This document shows positions 15,577 to 28,200 of a stretch of DNA of 64,000 bases, in pieces (position 1 is the first letter of the stretch; every line of letters starts with the position of its first letter). The position numbers and the translations under genes are program-made. Source of the stretch: Alphaproteobacteria bacterium (GTDB taxonomy: Bacteria; Pseudomonadota; Alphaproteobacteria; MPNO01). The DNA lies in contig OZ241868.1 in assembly GCA_965202905.1 (NCBI GenBank), forward strand, positions 516,879-580,878, given 5' to 3'. The notes under the pieces are model-generated. The model did no database searches. It was not told the origin of the DNA and worked only from the letters and a program-made list of their open reading frames with translations.

Positions 15577-16235
15577 ATCTGATCCTTCTGGGCCCCCCCG
15601 GCGCGGGCAAGGGCACGCAGGCGCAACGCCTGCAGGACGCGCATGGTCTGATGCAGCTCTCGACCGGCGACATGCTGCGCGCGGCGGTCGCCTCGGGCAG
15701 CGAACTCGGCAAGACGGCCCAGGCAATCATGGCGGCGGGCAAGCTGGTCCCCGACGACGTGATGGTCGCGATGATCCAACACCGGGTCGACGAGCCGGGT
15801 TGCGCCGGTGGGTTCGTCCTGGACGGCTTTCCCCGCACCGTCGCCCAGGCGGAGGCGCTTGACGACATGCTCGCGCGTAAGCGCAGGCGGCTGGATGCGG
15901 CGGTCGAGATGACGGTCGACGATGCCGCCTTGGTCCGGCGGATCGCCGGACGGTTCTCCTGCGTCCATTGTGGGGCGGGCTATCACGACGAGTTTCGGCC
16001 CACCGAGGTAGCCGACGTCTGCGACCGGTGCGGGCGGACCGAGTTCAAGCGCCGGGCGGACGACAACGAGGAAACCGTCCGCACCCGGCTTGCGGCCTAT
16101 CACGAGCAGACGGCGCCGCTTCTGCCCTACTACCGCGCGAAGGGCACGCTGCGGAGCGTCGACGGCATGGCGGAGATCGATGAAGTCACCCGGCAGATTG
16201 GGGCGCTGGTCAGCGCGCTGGAGACGGTTGACTAG
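15573..16235 (+). CDS. adk: adenylate kinase (with Cys4 zinc lid)
   Basis: MNLILLGPPGAGKGTQAQ P-loop; lid CVHCG...CDRCG; ATGA overlap with secY; listed ORF trimmed. Confidence 0.93.
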
Positions 16236-16255
16236 CCGATGCGAGCCCCTATAAT
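16228..16255 (+). promoter_or_regulatory. sigma70-like promoter of the alpha operon (TTGACT-N16-TATAAT)
   Basis: near-consensus hexamers straddling the adk stop, about 70 nt upstream of rpsM; coordinates +/-1. Confidence 0.45.
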
Positions 16256-16323
16256 CCGCCGACCCCGACTGGGCCCCAGCACTCCGAAATTCCGCCCCTG
16301 GACTGTCAGCAGGAGGACGCGCC

Positions 16324-16686
16324 GTGGCGCGCATAGCCGGCGTTAATTTGCCGAACAAGCCGATCGAGATCGCGCTGACCTATATCTTCGGGATCGGCCG
16401 CACCAGCGGACGCGAGATCTGCCGGAAGGCCGGCGTGACCTTGATCACGAGGGCCAACGACCTGGGCGACGACGAGCTGGTCCGCATCCGCGACATCATC
16501 GACCGGGACTACAAGATCGAAGGCGATCTGCGGCGCGAGACCGCAATGAACATCAAGCGGCTGATGGACCTGGGCTGCTACCGCGGCCTCAGGCACCGGC
16601 GCAACCTGCCGGTGCGGGGCCAGCGCACCCATACGAATGCGCGCACCCGCAAGGGCCGCGCGCGGCCGATCGCCGGCAAGAAGTAG
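16324..16686 (+). CDS. rpsM: 30S ribosomal protein S13
   Basis: [25 protein letters not shown]. Confidence 0.95.
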   Translation: MARIAGVNLPNKPIEIALTYIFGIGRTSGREICRKAGVTLITRANDLGDDELVRIRDIIDRDYKIEGDLRRETAMNIKRLMDLGCYRGLRHRRNLPVRGQRTHTNARTRKGRARPIAGKK

Positions 16687-16713
16687 CGCGCGCCGCCGCA
16701 AATAGGGAACAAG

Positions 16714-17106
16714 ATGGCACGAGCAACCACCACGCGGGTCCGTCGTCGCGAGCGCAAGAATATCACCTCGGGCGTTGCCCATGTGAACGCCTCGTTCAAC
16801 AACACCAAGATCACCATCACCGACGCCCAGGGCAACGCGATCTCCTGGTCCTCCTCCGGCTCGCAAGGGTTCAAGGGCTCACGGAAATCGACGCCCTATG
16901 CCGCCCAGATCGCCGCGGAGGACGCCGGCCGCAAGGCGCAGGAGCACGGGGTGAAGACCCTGGAGGTTCGGGTCAAGGGGCCCGGATCGGGGCGCGAGTC
17001 TGCGCTGCGCGCCCTGCAGGCGGTCGGTTTCAGCATCACTTCCATACGCGACGTCACGCCGATACCCCATAACGGCTGCCGTCCGCGCAAGCGTCGCCGG
17101 GTCTGA
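16714..17106 (+). CDS. rpsK: 30S ribosomal protein S11
   Basis: [18 protein letters not shown]... Confidence 0.95.
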   Translation: MARATTTRVRRRERKNITSGVAHVNASFNNTKITITDAQGNAISWSSSGSQGFKGSRKSTPYAAQIAAEDAGRKAQEHGVKTLEVRVKGPGSGRESALRALQAVGFSITSIRDVTPIPHNGCRPRKRRRV

Positions 17107-17170
17107 CTTCGGCCGGGCCCCGGCCGCGGAGACGCCGCCGACCGAAACTCGTCGTCGAGGATCGCAACAG

Positions 17171-18193
17171 ATGTCGATAGTTCAAAAGAACTGGCAGGAA
17201 CTGATCAAGCCGAACAAGCTCGAGATCCTGCCGGGTACCGATTCGAGCCGGTTTGCAACCATCGTCGCCGAACCGCTCGAGCGCGGTTTCGGTGTCACGC
17301 TCGGCAACGCCCTGCGCCGGGTGCTGCTGTCCTCGCTGCAGGGCGCGGCCTGCACCGCCATCCAGATCGACGGCGTCTTGCATGAGTTCTCGTCCATCCC
17401 CGGGATCCGCGAGGACGTGACCGACATCGTGCTCAACATCAAGTCGCTGGCGCTGCGCATGCACGGTGACGGGCCCAAGCGGATGTTCCTCAACGGCGCC
17501 GGACCCGGCGAGATCACCGCCGGGATGATCGAAGCCGGACACGACATCGAGATCGTCGAGCCGGACATCGTGATCTGCACGCTGGACGAGGGCGCGAAGA
17601 TCTCCATGGAGCTCACCGTGGACAGCGGCAAGGGCTACGTCCCGGCGACACAGAACCGCGCCGAAGATGCGCCGATCGGCCTGGTGCCGATCGATGCGGT
17701 GTTCAGCCCGGTCCGCAAGGTCGCCTTCCGCGTCGAGAATACCCGCGTCGGCCAGGTGACCGATTACGACAAGCTGTCGCTCGATATCGAGACAAACGGG
17801 GTGATCTTGCCCGAGGACGCGGTGGCGTTGGCCGCACGTATCCTTCAGGACCAGCTCCAGCTTTTCATCAACTTCGAAGAGCTCTCGACCCGTTCGGAGG
17901 ACATCCAGCCGAGCGAGCCGACGCTCAACAAGAACCTGCTGCGCAAAGTCGATGAGCTCGAGCTGTCGGTCCGTTCGGCGAACTGCCTGAAGAACGACAA
18001 CATCATCTACATCGGCGATCTGGTGCGGCAATCTGAGCAGGATATGCTGCGCACGCCCAATTTCGGGCGCAAGTCGCTCAATGAGATCAAGGAAGTGCTG
18101 GCCACGATGGGGCTGTCGCTCGGTATGGAGATCACCAGTTGGCCGCCCGAGAACATCGAGGATCTGGCCAGGCGTCTGGACGAGCCCTACTAG
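17171..18193 (+). CDS. rpoA: DNA-directed RNA polymerase subunit alpha
   Basis: 340 aa; N-terminal domain plus CTD ([22 protein letters not shown]). Confidence 0.96.
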   Translation: MSIVQKNWQELIKPNKLEILPGTDSSRFATIVAEPLERGFGVTLGNALRRVLLSSLQGAACTAIQIDGVLHEFSSIPGIREDVTDIVLNIKSLALRMHGDGPKRMFLNGAGPGEITAGMIEAGHDIEIVEPDIVICTLDEGAKISMELTVDSGKGYVPATQNRAEDAPIGLVPIDAVFSPVRKVAFRVENTRVGQVTDYDKLSLDIETNGVILPEDAVALAARILQDQLQLFINFEELSTRSEDIQPSEPTLNKNLLRKVDELELSVRSANCLKNDNIIYIGDLVRQSEQDMLRTPNFGRKSLNEIKEVLATMGLSLGMEITSWPPENIEDLARRLDEPY

Positions 18194-18227
18194 ACCGGGC
18201 CGCCGTCGTTCATCGGGGAGAAGGGCA

Positions 18228-18674
18228 ATGCGTCACAGGGTTAGCGGCCGCAAGCTCAACCGGAGCAGCGCTCACCGCACGGCGCTGTTCCGCAACATGG
18301 CCGCTGCGCTGGTCAAGCACGAGCAGATCAAGACTACCCTGCCCAAGGCGAAGGAGCTACGCCCGATCGTCGACCGGCTGATCACGCTTGGTAAGCGCGG
18401 CAGCGGCGACCTACATGCAAGGCGGCAGGCGATCCGCCGCCTGGGCGGCGACGCGAAGCTTGCCGACAAGCTGTTCACCACACTCGCCGCGCGCTACGCC
18501 GAGCGCCGGGGCGGCTACACCCGGGTGCTGCGGGCTGGCTTCCGCTACGGCGATTCGGCGCCGATGGCGGTCATCGAGCTGGTCGACCGCGACCCGGAGG
18601 CGAAGGGGGTCGATTCCGGCCCGGTCCAGGTTGCCGAGACGGCCGAAACCGAAGAGGCCATCGTCGGGGCCTGA
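18228..18674 (+). CDS. rplQ: 50S ribosomal protein L17
   Basis: 148 aa, [25 protein letters not shown]; GGGAGAAGGG RBS; trimmed. Confidence 0.93.
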   Translation: MRHRVSGRKLNRSSAHRTALFRNMAAALVKHEQIKTTLPKAKELRPIVDRLITLGKRGSGDLHARRQAIRRLGGDAKLADKLFTTLAARYAERRGGYTRVLRAGFRYGDSAPMAVIELVDRDPEAKGVDSGPVQVAETAETEEAIVGA

Positions 18675-18721
18675 GCCGCCGCCCCTTTATCAATCGGCCG
18701 CAGGCGCGGCATGGTGCGCCG

Positions 18722-20134
<1,413 letters not shown>

Positions 20135-20137
20135 GCG

Positions 20138-21439
20138 GTGGCCGCGGACCCGAGCCTCGGCCTGTTCGATGTCCAGACGCCGCGGCCGCTCGCCGATCGC
20201 CTGCGCCCCACCGGCCTTGCCGAGGTTCTCGGCCAGGATCATCTGCTCGGCTCCGACGGCCCGATCGGGCGGATGCTGGCGGAGAAAAAGCTCGTATCGA
20301 TGATCCTCTGGGGGCCGCCGGGCTCGGGAAAGACCACCGTCGCGCGGCTGCTGGCAAGTGCGACCGCGCTGCACTTCGAGCCGCTATCGGCGGTGTTTTC
20401 CGGCGTCGCGGACCTGCGCCGCGTCTTCGAGCAGGCGCGCGGCCGCCGCGCGGCGGGGCAGGGCACGCTCCTGTTCGTCGATGAGATCCACCGGTTCAAC
20501 CGCGCCCAGCAGGACGGATTCCTGCCATATGTCGAAGACGGCACGGTCACGCTGATTGGTGCGACCACGGAGAACCCCTCCTTCGAGCTCAACGGGGCCT
20601 TGCTCTCGCGCTGTCAGGTCCTCGTGCTCGCGCGGCTCGACACGGCCGCGCTGGAAGCGCTGCTCTGCCGCGCCGAGGCGGAGACGGGCCGCGCCTTGCC
20701 GGTCGAGCCCGAGGCTCGCGTCGCCTTGTGCGCGATGGCCGACGGTGATGGACGCTTCGTGCTCAACCTTGCCGAGACGGTCTTCGGCCAGCCCGCGGAT
20801 CAGGCCCTTGACGTCGCCGCGCTGTCCGCCCTGGTCCAGCGCCGCGCGCCGCTCTACGACAAGGCGCAGGACGGCCACTACAACCTGATCAGCGCGCTGC
20901 ACAAGTCGATCCGTGGCTCCGATGTCGATGCGTCGCTCTACTGGTTCGCCCGCATGCTCGAAGGTGGCGAGGATCCGCGCTACATCGCCCGTCGGCTGAC
21001 CCGTCTCGCGGCAGAGGATATCGGCCTTGCCGACCCCAACGCGCTGGTTCAGACGCTCGCCGGCTGGCAGACCTACGAGCGCCTGGGCTCGCCCGAGGGC
21101 GAGTTGGCGATTGCCCAGTCGGTGATCTATCTCGCCGCCGCGCCCAAATCCAACGCGCTCTACCGGGCGTTCGGGGCGGCGGGCGAGGCGGCCCGGCGCA
21201 CCGGCTCCCTGATGCCGCCGGCCCATATTCTCAACGCGCCCACCGCGCTGATGAAGGATCTCGGCTACGGCGCCGGCTACACCTACGACCACGACACGCC
21301 CGAGGGGTTCTCCGGCGACAACTATTTCCCCGACGGGATGTCGCCCGAAACCTATTTCGAGCCGACCGGGCGCGGCCAGGAGGCCGAGGTCGCGAAGCGG
21401 CTGAAGGCCTGGGCGGAACGCCGCAAAGAGCCGCGATGA
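20138..21439 (+). CDS. rarA: replication-associated recombination protein A (AAA+ ATPase)
   Basis: GPPGSGKTT Walker A, DEIHRFNRAQQD Walker B/sensor; 433 aa. Confidence 0.88.
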   Translation: MAADPSLGLFDVQTPRPLADRLRPTGLAEVLGQDHLLGSDGPIGRMLAEKKLVSMILWGPPGSGKTTVARLLASATALHFEPLSAVFSGVADLRRVFEQARGRRAAGQGTLLFVDEIHRFNRAQQDGFLPYVEDGTVTLIGATTENPSFELNGALLSRCQVLVLARLDTAALEALLCRAEAETGRALPVEPEARVALCAMADGDGRFVLNLAETVFGQPADQALDVAALSALVQRRAPLYDKAQDGHYNLISALHKSIRGSDVDASLYWFARMLEGGEDPRYIARRLTRLAAEDIGLADPNALVQTLAGWQTYERLGSPEGELAIAQSVIYLAAAPKSNALYRAFGAAGEAARRTGSLMPPAHILNAPTALMKDLGYGAGYTYDHDTPEGFSGDNYFPDGMSPETYFEPTGRGQEAEVAKRLKAWAERRKEPR

Positions 21440-21816
21440 AACTCCTGGCCGCAATTGCGCTCGGTGGCGCTGTCGGCGCGCTTGCCCGCCACCTCGTGAC
21501 CCAACAGATGGGACACTGGCTGGGCCTCGGCTTTCCGTGGGGGACGTTCACGGTCAACATCATGGGCTCGTTCGTGCTCGGCGCGCTGGCCGAGATGCTC
21601 GCCCTGGCGGCGGACGAAGCGCCCATGCTGCGGGCGGTCCTGATCGTTGGCGTTCTCGGGAGCTTCACCACATTCTCGACCTTCTCGCTCGATGCGGTGC
21701 TGCTGTCCCAGCGCGGCCGGCCTGACCTTGCCGCGGTTTACGTCGCGGCCTCGGTCGTCCTGGCGGTTCTCGGGCTGATCGCCGGGCTGCGGCTTGCGCG
21801 CGCGGTGCTGGCATGA
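21436..21816 (+). CDS. crcB: fluoride ion channel CrcB/FluC
   Basis: 126 aa, 4 TM; GTFTVNIMGSFVLG and GSFTTFSTFSLD motifs; ATGA overlap with rarA. Confidence 0.85.
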   Translation: MKLLAAIALGGAVGALARHLVTQQMGHWLGLGFPWGTFTVNIMGSFVLGALAEMLALAADEAPMLRAVLIVGVLGSFTTFSTFSLDAVLLSQRGRPDLAAVYVAASVVLAVLGLIAGLRLARAVLA

Positions 21817-22802
21817 GCCGGGCGCGCACGATCGCCGTCACGGCCGCGGACGCCGAGATCCGGCTGGACCGCTGGTTCAAGCGACACTACCCGGCGCTGG
21901 GTCACGGGCGGCTGGAAAAGCTGCTGCGCACCGGCCAGGTGCGCCTGGACGGCGGGCGGGCGAAGGCCTCCGCGCGCCTTGCCCCCGGCCAGCGGATCCG
22001 GCTCTCACCGGGCATCCTGGAGCCGCCGGCGCGCGGCGAACGGCTGGAGACGGCGGACCGGGAGTTCATCCGCAGCCTTGTGCTCTACCGCGACGATCGC
22101 ATCATCGCCATCGACAAGCCGGCCGGCCTTGCCGTCCAGGGCGGCACCAAGGTCGCAATTTCGGTCGACGCCTTGCTGGATGGACTCCGCTTCGGGTCCG
22201 TGGAACGCCCCCGCCTGGTCCACCGGCTGGACAAGGCGACCAGCGGCGTCCTGGTGCTCGCCCGCAGCCGCAAGGCCGCCTCGGCCCTGGTCGACGCCTT
22301 CCGCGACGGCGGGATCGTCAAGGAATACTGGGCGCTCGTCGCCGGGGCGCCGCGGCCCGAGCGGGGCAGGATCGATCTGGCGCTCGCCAAGAAACCCGTC
22401 GATCCCGCGGGACGGGAGCAGGTCACCGCCGATGAGCACGACGGCAAACCGGCGCGCACTGAATATGCGGTTGTCGAGTCGGCCGGGCAGGCAGTGTCGT
22501 GGCTGTTGCTGATCCCTCGAACGGGAAGGACCCATCAGCTCCGCGTGCATTGCCGGGCGCTGGGCGCGCCGATCCTCGGCGACCGGAAATACGGGGGCTT
22601 CGCCGCCGCCGAGGACGGCCGGCTGGCGGTGGAGCGACTCATGCTGCACGCCAGGCGCCTGCGCATTCCTCGCGAAGCCGGCGGGCCGCTCGACGTGACC
22701 GCGCCGCTCGACACGGCGATGGCTGCGCAATGGTCGTTCTACGGCTTCGCCGGGGACTCCGGCCGCGCTATAGAATCGTTTACGGCTGACAGGCCGAGAT
22801 AA
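21813..22802 (+). CDS. RluA-family 23S rRNA pseudouridine synthase (RluC/D-like) with S4 domain
   Basis: HRLDKATSGVLVLA catalytic Asp motif, GRTHQLRVH, N-terminal S4-like region. Confidence 0.82.
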   Translation: MSRARTIAVTAADAEIRLDRWFKRHYPALGHGRLEKLLRTGQVRLDGGRAKASARLAPGQRIRLSPGILEPPARGERLETADREFIRSLVLYRDDRIIAIDKPAGLAVQGGTKVAISVDALLDGLRFGSVERPRLVHRLDKATSGVLVLARSRKAASALVDAFRDGGIVKEYWALVAGAPRPERGRIDLALAKKPVDPAGREQVTADEHDGKPARTEYAVVESAGQAVSWLLLIPRTGRTHQLRVHCRALGAPILGDRKYGGFAAAEDGRLAVERLMLHARRLRIPREAGGPLDVTAPLDTAMAAQWSFYGFAGDSGRAIESFTADRPR

Positions 22803-22817
22803 ACCAAATCGTGCCGG

Positions 22818-23507
22818 GTGATCATGTCCAGCGCTCGAAATATTCGTTTTGCCGCCTTCGACCTCGACGGAACGCTGCTCGACAGCGCGGCCTCGATCGT
22901 CGAGGGCGTAAGCGCGTGCTGGGAGGCCTGCGGATTTCCCGCCCCGCAGGCCGATGCGGTCCGGCGGATCATCGGGCTGCCGTGGGAGGAAAGCGTGATC
23001 GCTCTGTTGCCCGACGCGGGACGCAGGGAGTTCGAGCGGATTCGCGCCTATCACGAAGACGTACGACTGGGCCGTCGGAGCCGTCCAGCGCGGCGAGAGG
23101 CGCTCTTTCCCGGTGCGCGCGCGACGTTGCGCGCCCTGGAGGAGGACGACTACGTGCTCGGCATCGTCACCAGCCGGTCGGGCAACCGGTTGAACGAACT
23201 CCTCGAGGCGCACGAAATCGGCGAGCATTTCTTCGTGATCAAGACCGCCGACATGGGCCCCGGCAAGCCCGCGCCCCATCTGCTCCTCCAGGCGATGGCC
23301 GATATCGGCGCGGTGGCGTCCGACACGGTGATGATCGGCGATACGACCTTCGATATCGAGATGGCGATCAACGCGGGCGCCCGCGCGGTCGGCGTGAGCT
23401 GGGGCGTGCACGAGGTCGGCGAGCTCGAGGCCGCCGGCGCCCATCGGATCGTCGCCTCCTTCACTGAAATCCGACCGGCCGTCATCGCGATGACCGATGA
23501 CGACTGA
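22818..23507 (+). CDS. HAD-superfamily hydrolase (phosphoglycolate phosphatase-like)
   Basis: FDLDGTLLDS motif I, GDTTFDIEMAINAG motif IV. Confidence 0.8.
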   Translation: MIMSSARNIRFAAFDLDGTLLDSAASIVEGVSACWEACGFPAPQADAVRRIIGLPWEESVIALLPDAGRREFERIRAYHEDVRLGRRSRPARREALFPGARATLRALEEDDYVLGIVTSRSGNRLNELLEAHEIGEHFFVIKTADMGPGKPAPHLLLQAMADIGAVASDTVMIGDTTFDIEMAINAGARAVGVSWGVHEVGELEAAGAHRIVASFTEIRPAVIAMTDDD

Positions 23508-23667
23508 TGCGGCGCCGGGTCGGGCCTCGCCGGATTCATTTCCCGGCGATCGGCTTCGACGGGTCCGCGCGCGGCAAGCGCGGCCCCAGGACCGGCTGAC
23601 CGGTCCGCCGGCCGATGGCCCGCTTGGGCCGATTTGTGCAGCCTTGGCAGGATAATCCCGAGACCTC

Positions 23668-24363
23668 ATGGCGCGTCGGTTCTATGAACGGGTCGGTGTC
23701 GAGCCCGTGGCAGGCGGGTTCGCGGTGCTGCTCGACGCCAAGCCGCTGCTCAGCCCCGGCAAGCGGGCGCTGACGCTGCCGGTCGAGGCGCTGGCTCGCG
23801 CGGTCGCGGCGGAATGGCAAAGCCAGGGCGAGCGCATCGAGCCGGCGAGCATGCCGCTCACCCGCCTGGCCAACACCGCGCTCGATACCGTGACCGGGCG
23901 GCGCGGCGCTGTGGTCGAAGAGATCGCCGGATACGCACAGACCGATCTGGTGTGCTATCGCGTCGCCCGGCCTGAGGCCCTGCGGCGGCGCCAAGCCGAA
24001 GCCTGGGATCCGCTGGTCCTTTGGATGGAACGGGTCCACGGCGTCGGGCTTGCCGCGACCGCGGGGCTGTTGCCGGCGGTCCAGCCCGAGGCCGCGCTCG
24101 TTGCGGTGCGCGACGCGGTCGAAGGCTTCGGCGACTTCGGACTGACGGCGCTGCATGCGGCGACCGGCGCGCTGGGATCGGTGGTGATCGCGCTGGCGAT
24201 GGCCGGCGGGCGGATCTCGGCGCAGCAGGCCTTCGAGGCTTCGCTGATCGAAGAGAGCTTCCAGATCGAACGCTGGGGCGAGGACGCCGAGGCCGAAACG
24301 CGTCGGGCAAGGCTACGCGAAGACCTCGCGGCGGCCGACCGGTTCCTGGGCCTGTGCCGGTGA
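23668..24363 (+). CDS. ATP12-family F1-ATPase assembly chaperone
   Basis: [13 protein letters not shown]...[10 protein letters not shown], typical alphaproteobacterial ATP12 homologue. Confidence 0.7.
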   Translation: MARRFYERVGVEPVAGGFAVLLDAKPLLSPGKRALTLPVEALARAVAAEWQSQGERIEPASMPLTRLANTALDTVTGRRGAVVEEIAGYAQTDLVCYRVARPEALRRRQAEAWDPLVLWMERVHGVGLAATAGLLPAVQPEAALVAVRDAVEGFGDFGLTALHAATGALGSVVIALAMAGGRISAQQAFEASLIEESFQIERWGEDAEAETRRARLREDLAAADRFLGLCR

Positions 24364-24635
24364 GAGCCGTCCGGGTCCGGATTACCGGGCGGGTCCAGGG
24401 CGTTTGGTTCCGCGCCTGGACCGAGGCCGAGGCGCGTGAGCGCGCGCTCGACGGCTGGGTGCGCAACCGCCGCGACGGCTCGGTCGAGGCATTGTTCCAC
24501 GGCCCCGAGGATGTTGTCGATCGGATGCTCGCGGCCTGCCGGGTCGGTCCGCCCGCCGCTCGGGTGGCGGATGTCGCGGCGGTCGAGGCCGAGGCTCCGG
24601 AGGTCGCGGGTTTCACTGTGCGTCCGTCGGTATGA
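24360..24635 (+). CDS. acyP: acylphosphatase
   Basis: 91 aa from GTG overlapping upstream stop; [26 protein letters not shown] motifs. Confidence 0.8.
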   Translation: MRAVRVRITGRVQGVWFRAWTEAEARERALDGWVRNRRDGSVEALFHGPEDVVDRMLAACRVGPPAARVADVAAVEAEAPEVAGFTVRPSV

Positions 24636-25263
24636 GTGCGGTCTCGAAAGTGTCCGCGAACGTCCGGCGCAGTACCGCGTCGATGTCTTCCATCGACACC
24701 GCGAACCCAAGTGTGGCAAGAGAGGTGACGCCGTGTGCGCTGATCCCGCAGGGCACGATGCCGTCATAGTGGCCGAGGTCGGGATCGACGTTCAGCGATA
24801 TGCCGTGGTAGCTCACCCAGCGACGCAGACGCAGCCCGACGGCTGCGATCTTGTCCTCGCCGCCGGGCCGGGCGACCCAGATACCGACCCGGCCTTCGCG
24901 CCGCTCGCCGGCGACGCCGAAGGCCGCCAGCGTGGCGATCAGCCAAGCCTCGACCGCGCGCACGAACCGGCGGATGTCGCGGCCGCGCCGGCCGACGTCG
25001 AGCATCAGATAGGCCACTCTCTGGCCCGGGCCGTGATAGGTGAACTCGCCGCCGCGCCCGGTGCGGTGAACGGGAAACCGGTCGGGCGCCAGCAGGTCCT
25101 GCGGCCTGGCCGAGGTCCCGGCGGTATAGAGCGGCGGGTGCTCGACCAGCCACACGAGTTCCGGTGCGGCGCCTTCGCGGATGGCCTCGACGCGCGCTTC
25201 CATCGCCGCGACCGCGGGCTCGTAAGGCTGAAGCCCGGGCTGGACGAGCCATTCGACCTGCAT
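24613..25263 (-). CDS. lipB: lipoyl(octanoyl) transferase LipB
   Basis: 216 aa; [35 protein letters not shown]. Confidence 0.88.
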   Translation of the reverse strand: MQVEWLVQPGLQPYEPAVAAMEARVEAIREGAAPELVWLVEHPPLYTAGTSARPQDLLAPDRFPVHRTGRGGEFTYHGPGQRVAYLMLDVGRRGRDIRRFVRAVEAWLIATLAAFGVAGERREGRVGIWVARPGGEDKIAAVGLRLRRWVSYHGISLNVDPDLGHYDGIVPCGISAHGVTSLATLGFAVSMEDIDAVLRRTFADTFETALIPTDAQ

Positions 25264-25365
25264 GGTCGAAGCTTAGCACGTTTGCGGACCTTGCGGTTGT
25301 GCCGCCATTTTGGTATCTCCGCCCATCGTGAGCGGGCGCGTGTGGTGAGCGGGTCCAGCGAAGTT

Positions 25366-25452
25366 GCGGTCGTGGCGGAATTGGTAGACGCGCAGCGTTG
25401 AGGTCGCTGTGGGAGAAATCCCGTGGAAGTTCGAGTCTTCTCGACCGCACCA
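25366..25452 (+). tRNA. tRNA-Leu (anticodon GAG)
   Basis: GCGGTCGTGGCGGAATTGGTAGACGCG...TCGACCGCACCA; anticodon stem CAGCG/CGCTG, loop TTGAGGT; long variable arm; CCA encoded. Confidence 0.85.
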
Positions 25453-25550
25453 ATTCATCGGGCCCGCCCACCCCGGAGCGGGCCCGATCCTGATTCCGCG
25501 AGGACCGGCGGTTGGGCCCGGCGGGCCGGCGCCAATAGTCTCGATATGGG

Positions 25551-26934
25551 ATGCGAGGAATGGCGGGTCACGACCGCAGCGCGTCGGCCGCCGACCCGAT
25601 CGACATGATCCCCGACATCGCGATCTCGGTCGGCGATGCGATCGAGGCCGCTCAGCCCACGCGCGTGGTCGGGCTGACCTCGGCGCTGCACTACGCCGAG
25701 CTGGCGGACCTGCTCGAGCAGCTCAACCCGGACCAGCGCGCGCGTCTGGTCGAGATCCTGGCGCCGGGCTTCGCGCCGGAGATCCTGCCCGAGCTCGACG
25801 AGGCGGTGCGTGAAGAGGTGGCCGGGCATCTCGGCGCCCAGCTCCTGGCCGGCGCCATTGTCCGCCTGGAGTCCGATGATGCGCTGGTGCTGCTCTCCTC
25901 GCTGAAAGAGGCCCGGCAGCGTCAGGTGATGCAGGCGATCCCGATGGCCCTGCGCGACTCGCTCGAGCAGGGACTCGCCTATCCTGAGGACAGCGCCGGG
26001 CGGCTGATGCAGCGCGACCTGGTCGCGGTGCCCATGTTCTGGACGGTCGGCGAGACCATCGACTACCTGCGCCAGGCGGACAGCCTGCCCAGCGACTTCT
26101 ACGACATCTTCGTCGTCGATCCCGGTCACCGGCCGGTCGGCGCCGTGTCGCTAGCCATGTGCTGCGCGCCCGCCGCCCGGCGCCGATGCAGGACTTGGCG
26201 CGCCGTGAGGTCGTCGCGGTCCCGGTCATCATGGACCAGGAGGAGGTCGCCTTCATCTTCGCCCGGAAGGATCTGGTCTCGGCGCCGGTCGTCGATGACG
26301 GCGGCCGGCTGATTGGCGTGATCACCGTCGATGATGTCGTCGACGTTATCCATGAGGAGGCCGAGGAAGTCTTGATGCGCCTGGGCGGCGTCTCCGAGAC
26401 CGATATCTACCAGGCGGTGCTCGATACCGGCAAGGCGCGGTTCTCCTGGCTGTTCGTCAACCTTGTGACGACCGTTCTGGCCTCCATCGTCATCTGGCTC
26501 TTCCAGGGGACGATCGAGCAGATCGTCGTGCTTGCCGTCCTGATGCCGATCGCGGCCTCGATGGGCGGCAATGCCGGCGCCCAGTCGCTAACCGTCGCGG
26601 TCCGCGCGATTGCGATGCGTGACCTGACGCCGGCCAACGCCTTCAGGATGCTGTCCAAGGAGTGCCTGGTGGGACTGTTCAACGGGCTGTGCTTCGCCGC
26701 GATCATTGGCGCGATCGCCTGGGTCTGGTCAGGCGAGTCCTCAATCGGCGCGGTCATGGCGGCGGCCATGACGGTCACGATGTTCATCGCCGGGCTCGCC
26801 GGCGCCGCCATCCCGTTCGGGCTGTCCCGGACAGGGATCGATCCGGCGATCGCCTCGGGGTGCTGCTGACCACGGTCACCGACGTGATCGCGTTCCTCGC
26901 CTTCCTCGGCCTCGCCGCCTGGTTTCTGATCTGA
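25551..26934 (+). pseudogene. mgtE: Mg2+ transporter MgtE, disrupted by two frameshifts
   Basis: MgtE N-domain, CBS pair and TM domain read across three frames (25551.., 26159.., 26662..); shifts near 26152 and 26858. Confidence 0.7.
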
Positions 26935-26956
26935 GCAAGGAGCGCCCGCACCCGCC

Positions 26957-27637
26957 ATGGCCACTGTCCTGATAACCGGAAGCAACCGCGGGATTGGTCT
27001 CGCGCTGGCCGACAAATATGCCGCGCGCGGCGACCGGGTGATTGCGACCTGCCGCGACCCAGGCACGGCCGCCGCACTGGCCGGCATATCCGGCGACATC
27101 GCGGTCGAACCGATGGATGTTGCCGATCACGCCAGCGTCGATGCGCTGGCCGCCAGATTGTCCGGGGTGTCGCTCGATCTCGTGATCAACAATGCCGGCG
27201 TCGCCGGCGGCTCGCATCAGGTCTTCGGCGACATGGATTACGCGATCTGGGCGGAGACGTTTCGCATCAACACCATGGGGCCGATGAAGGTCGCCGAGGC
27301 CTTTCGTGCCGGGCTCTCGTCCGGCGGGCGCGGCGTGCTGGCCTGTCTCACCTCGCAGATGGGCTCGATCGCGCAGGCCGGCGGCGGGTGCTACGCCTAC
27401 CGATCCAGCAAGGCGGCGCTGAACATGGTCGGCCGCAACCTGGCCGGCGAAATGTCCCGGCAAGGGATCGTCGTCGTGCTGGTCCATCCCGGGTGGGTTC
27501 GGACCGAAATGGGCGGCGCCGCTGCTCCGCTGACCGCCGAGGCCAGCGCCAAGGACCTCGCCGCGCTATTCGACCGCCTCACTCCTGCCGATAGCGGCCG
27601 GTTCTTCGATCACACCGGCGGCAGCCTGGCCTGGTAG
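26957..27637 (+). CDS. SDR-family oxidoreductase
   Basis: TGSNRGIGLALA glycine-rich NAD(P) motif, NNAG, YAYRSSK catalytic Tyr-Lys. Confidence 0.82.
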   Translation: MATVLITGSNRGIGLALADKYAARGDRVIATCRDPGTAAALAGISGDIAVEPMDVADHASVDALAARLSGVSLDLVINNAGVAGGSHQVFGDMDYAIWAETFRINTMGPMKVAEAFRAGLSSGGRGVLACLTSQMGSIAQAGGGCYAYRSSKAALNMVGRNLAGEMSRQGIVVVLVHPGWVRTEMGGAAAPLTAEASAKDLAALFDRLTPADSGRFFDHTGGSLAW

Positions 27638-27762
27638 CGCGTCTGTTAACTCAAGATCGAGAGCGCGCCGATTCCGTTTCCTGGAAGCGGTGGCCATGAC
27701 CGACAGGCGGCACCGGCCGTGGATCGTCGCCCGGAGGCGGCCTGCCATGCTATCTTGCGGTC

Positions 27763-28200
27763 ATGTCGTTGCACCTGCTCAAGATGGCTGTCGGCGCCCA
27801 CGGGTTCGAAGATCTGACGAGGCGTCAGGCCGACCGTCTGGCGAATCTGCGTGCGGCCGGCGAGCCTGCCGTGCTGCGCCATCTGACCCGGAGCACGCCG
27901 CGCCGGGCCGAGGAAGTGCTCGATGGCGGCTCGATCTACTGGGTGATGGCCGGCGCGATCCGCGCCCGCCAACCGATCATGGCGCTGGAGCCCGCAGTCG
28001 GCCGCAGCGGCCGACCGCGCTGCGCGATCGTCCTTGATCCGACGCTGGCCGCGACCGAGCCGATGCCCTACCGGGCTTTCCAGGGCTGGCGCTATTTGAA
28101 CGACGAGAATGCGCCGGCGGATCGCGCCTCGGGCGCCGATGGCCTCGACGACTTGCCGGTAAGTATGCGGGCCGAGCTGCGCCGGTTGGGACTGGTCTGA
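27763..28200 (+). CDS. DUF1489-family conserved hypothetical protein
   Basis: MSLHLLKMAVGAHGFEDL...GGSIYWVMAGAIRARQ...FQGWRYL pattern recalled from the alphaproteobacterial DUF1489 family. Confidence 0.55.
   Translation: MSLHLLKMAVGAHGFEDLTRRQADRLANLRAAGEPAVLRHLTRSTPRRAEEVLDGGSIYWVMAGAIRARQPIMALEPAVGRSGRPRCAIVLDPTLAATEPMPYRAFQGWRYLNDENAPADRASGADGLDDLPVSMRAELRRLGLV

Noticed and set aside
18675-18721. Intrinsic terminator after rplQ
   Set aside because: Only a weak, short GC palindrome without a T-tract. Not convincing.
21380-21440. Fluoride riboswitch upstream of crcB
   Set aside because: crcB start overlaps the rarA stop (ATGA), leaving no leader for a riboswitch.
25264-25550. Integrase or attachment-site repeats next to tRNA-Leu
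   Set aside because: No integrase-like ORF in any frame. I found no duplicate of the tRNA 3' end elsewhere in the window by eye.
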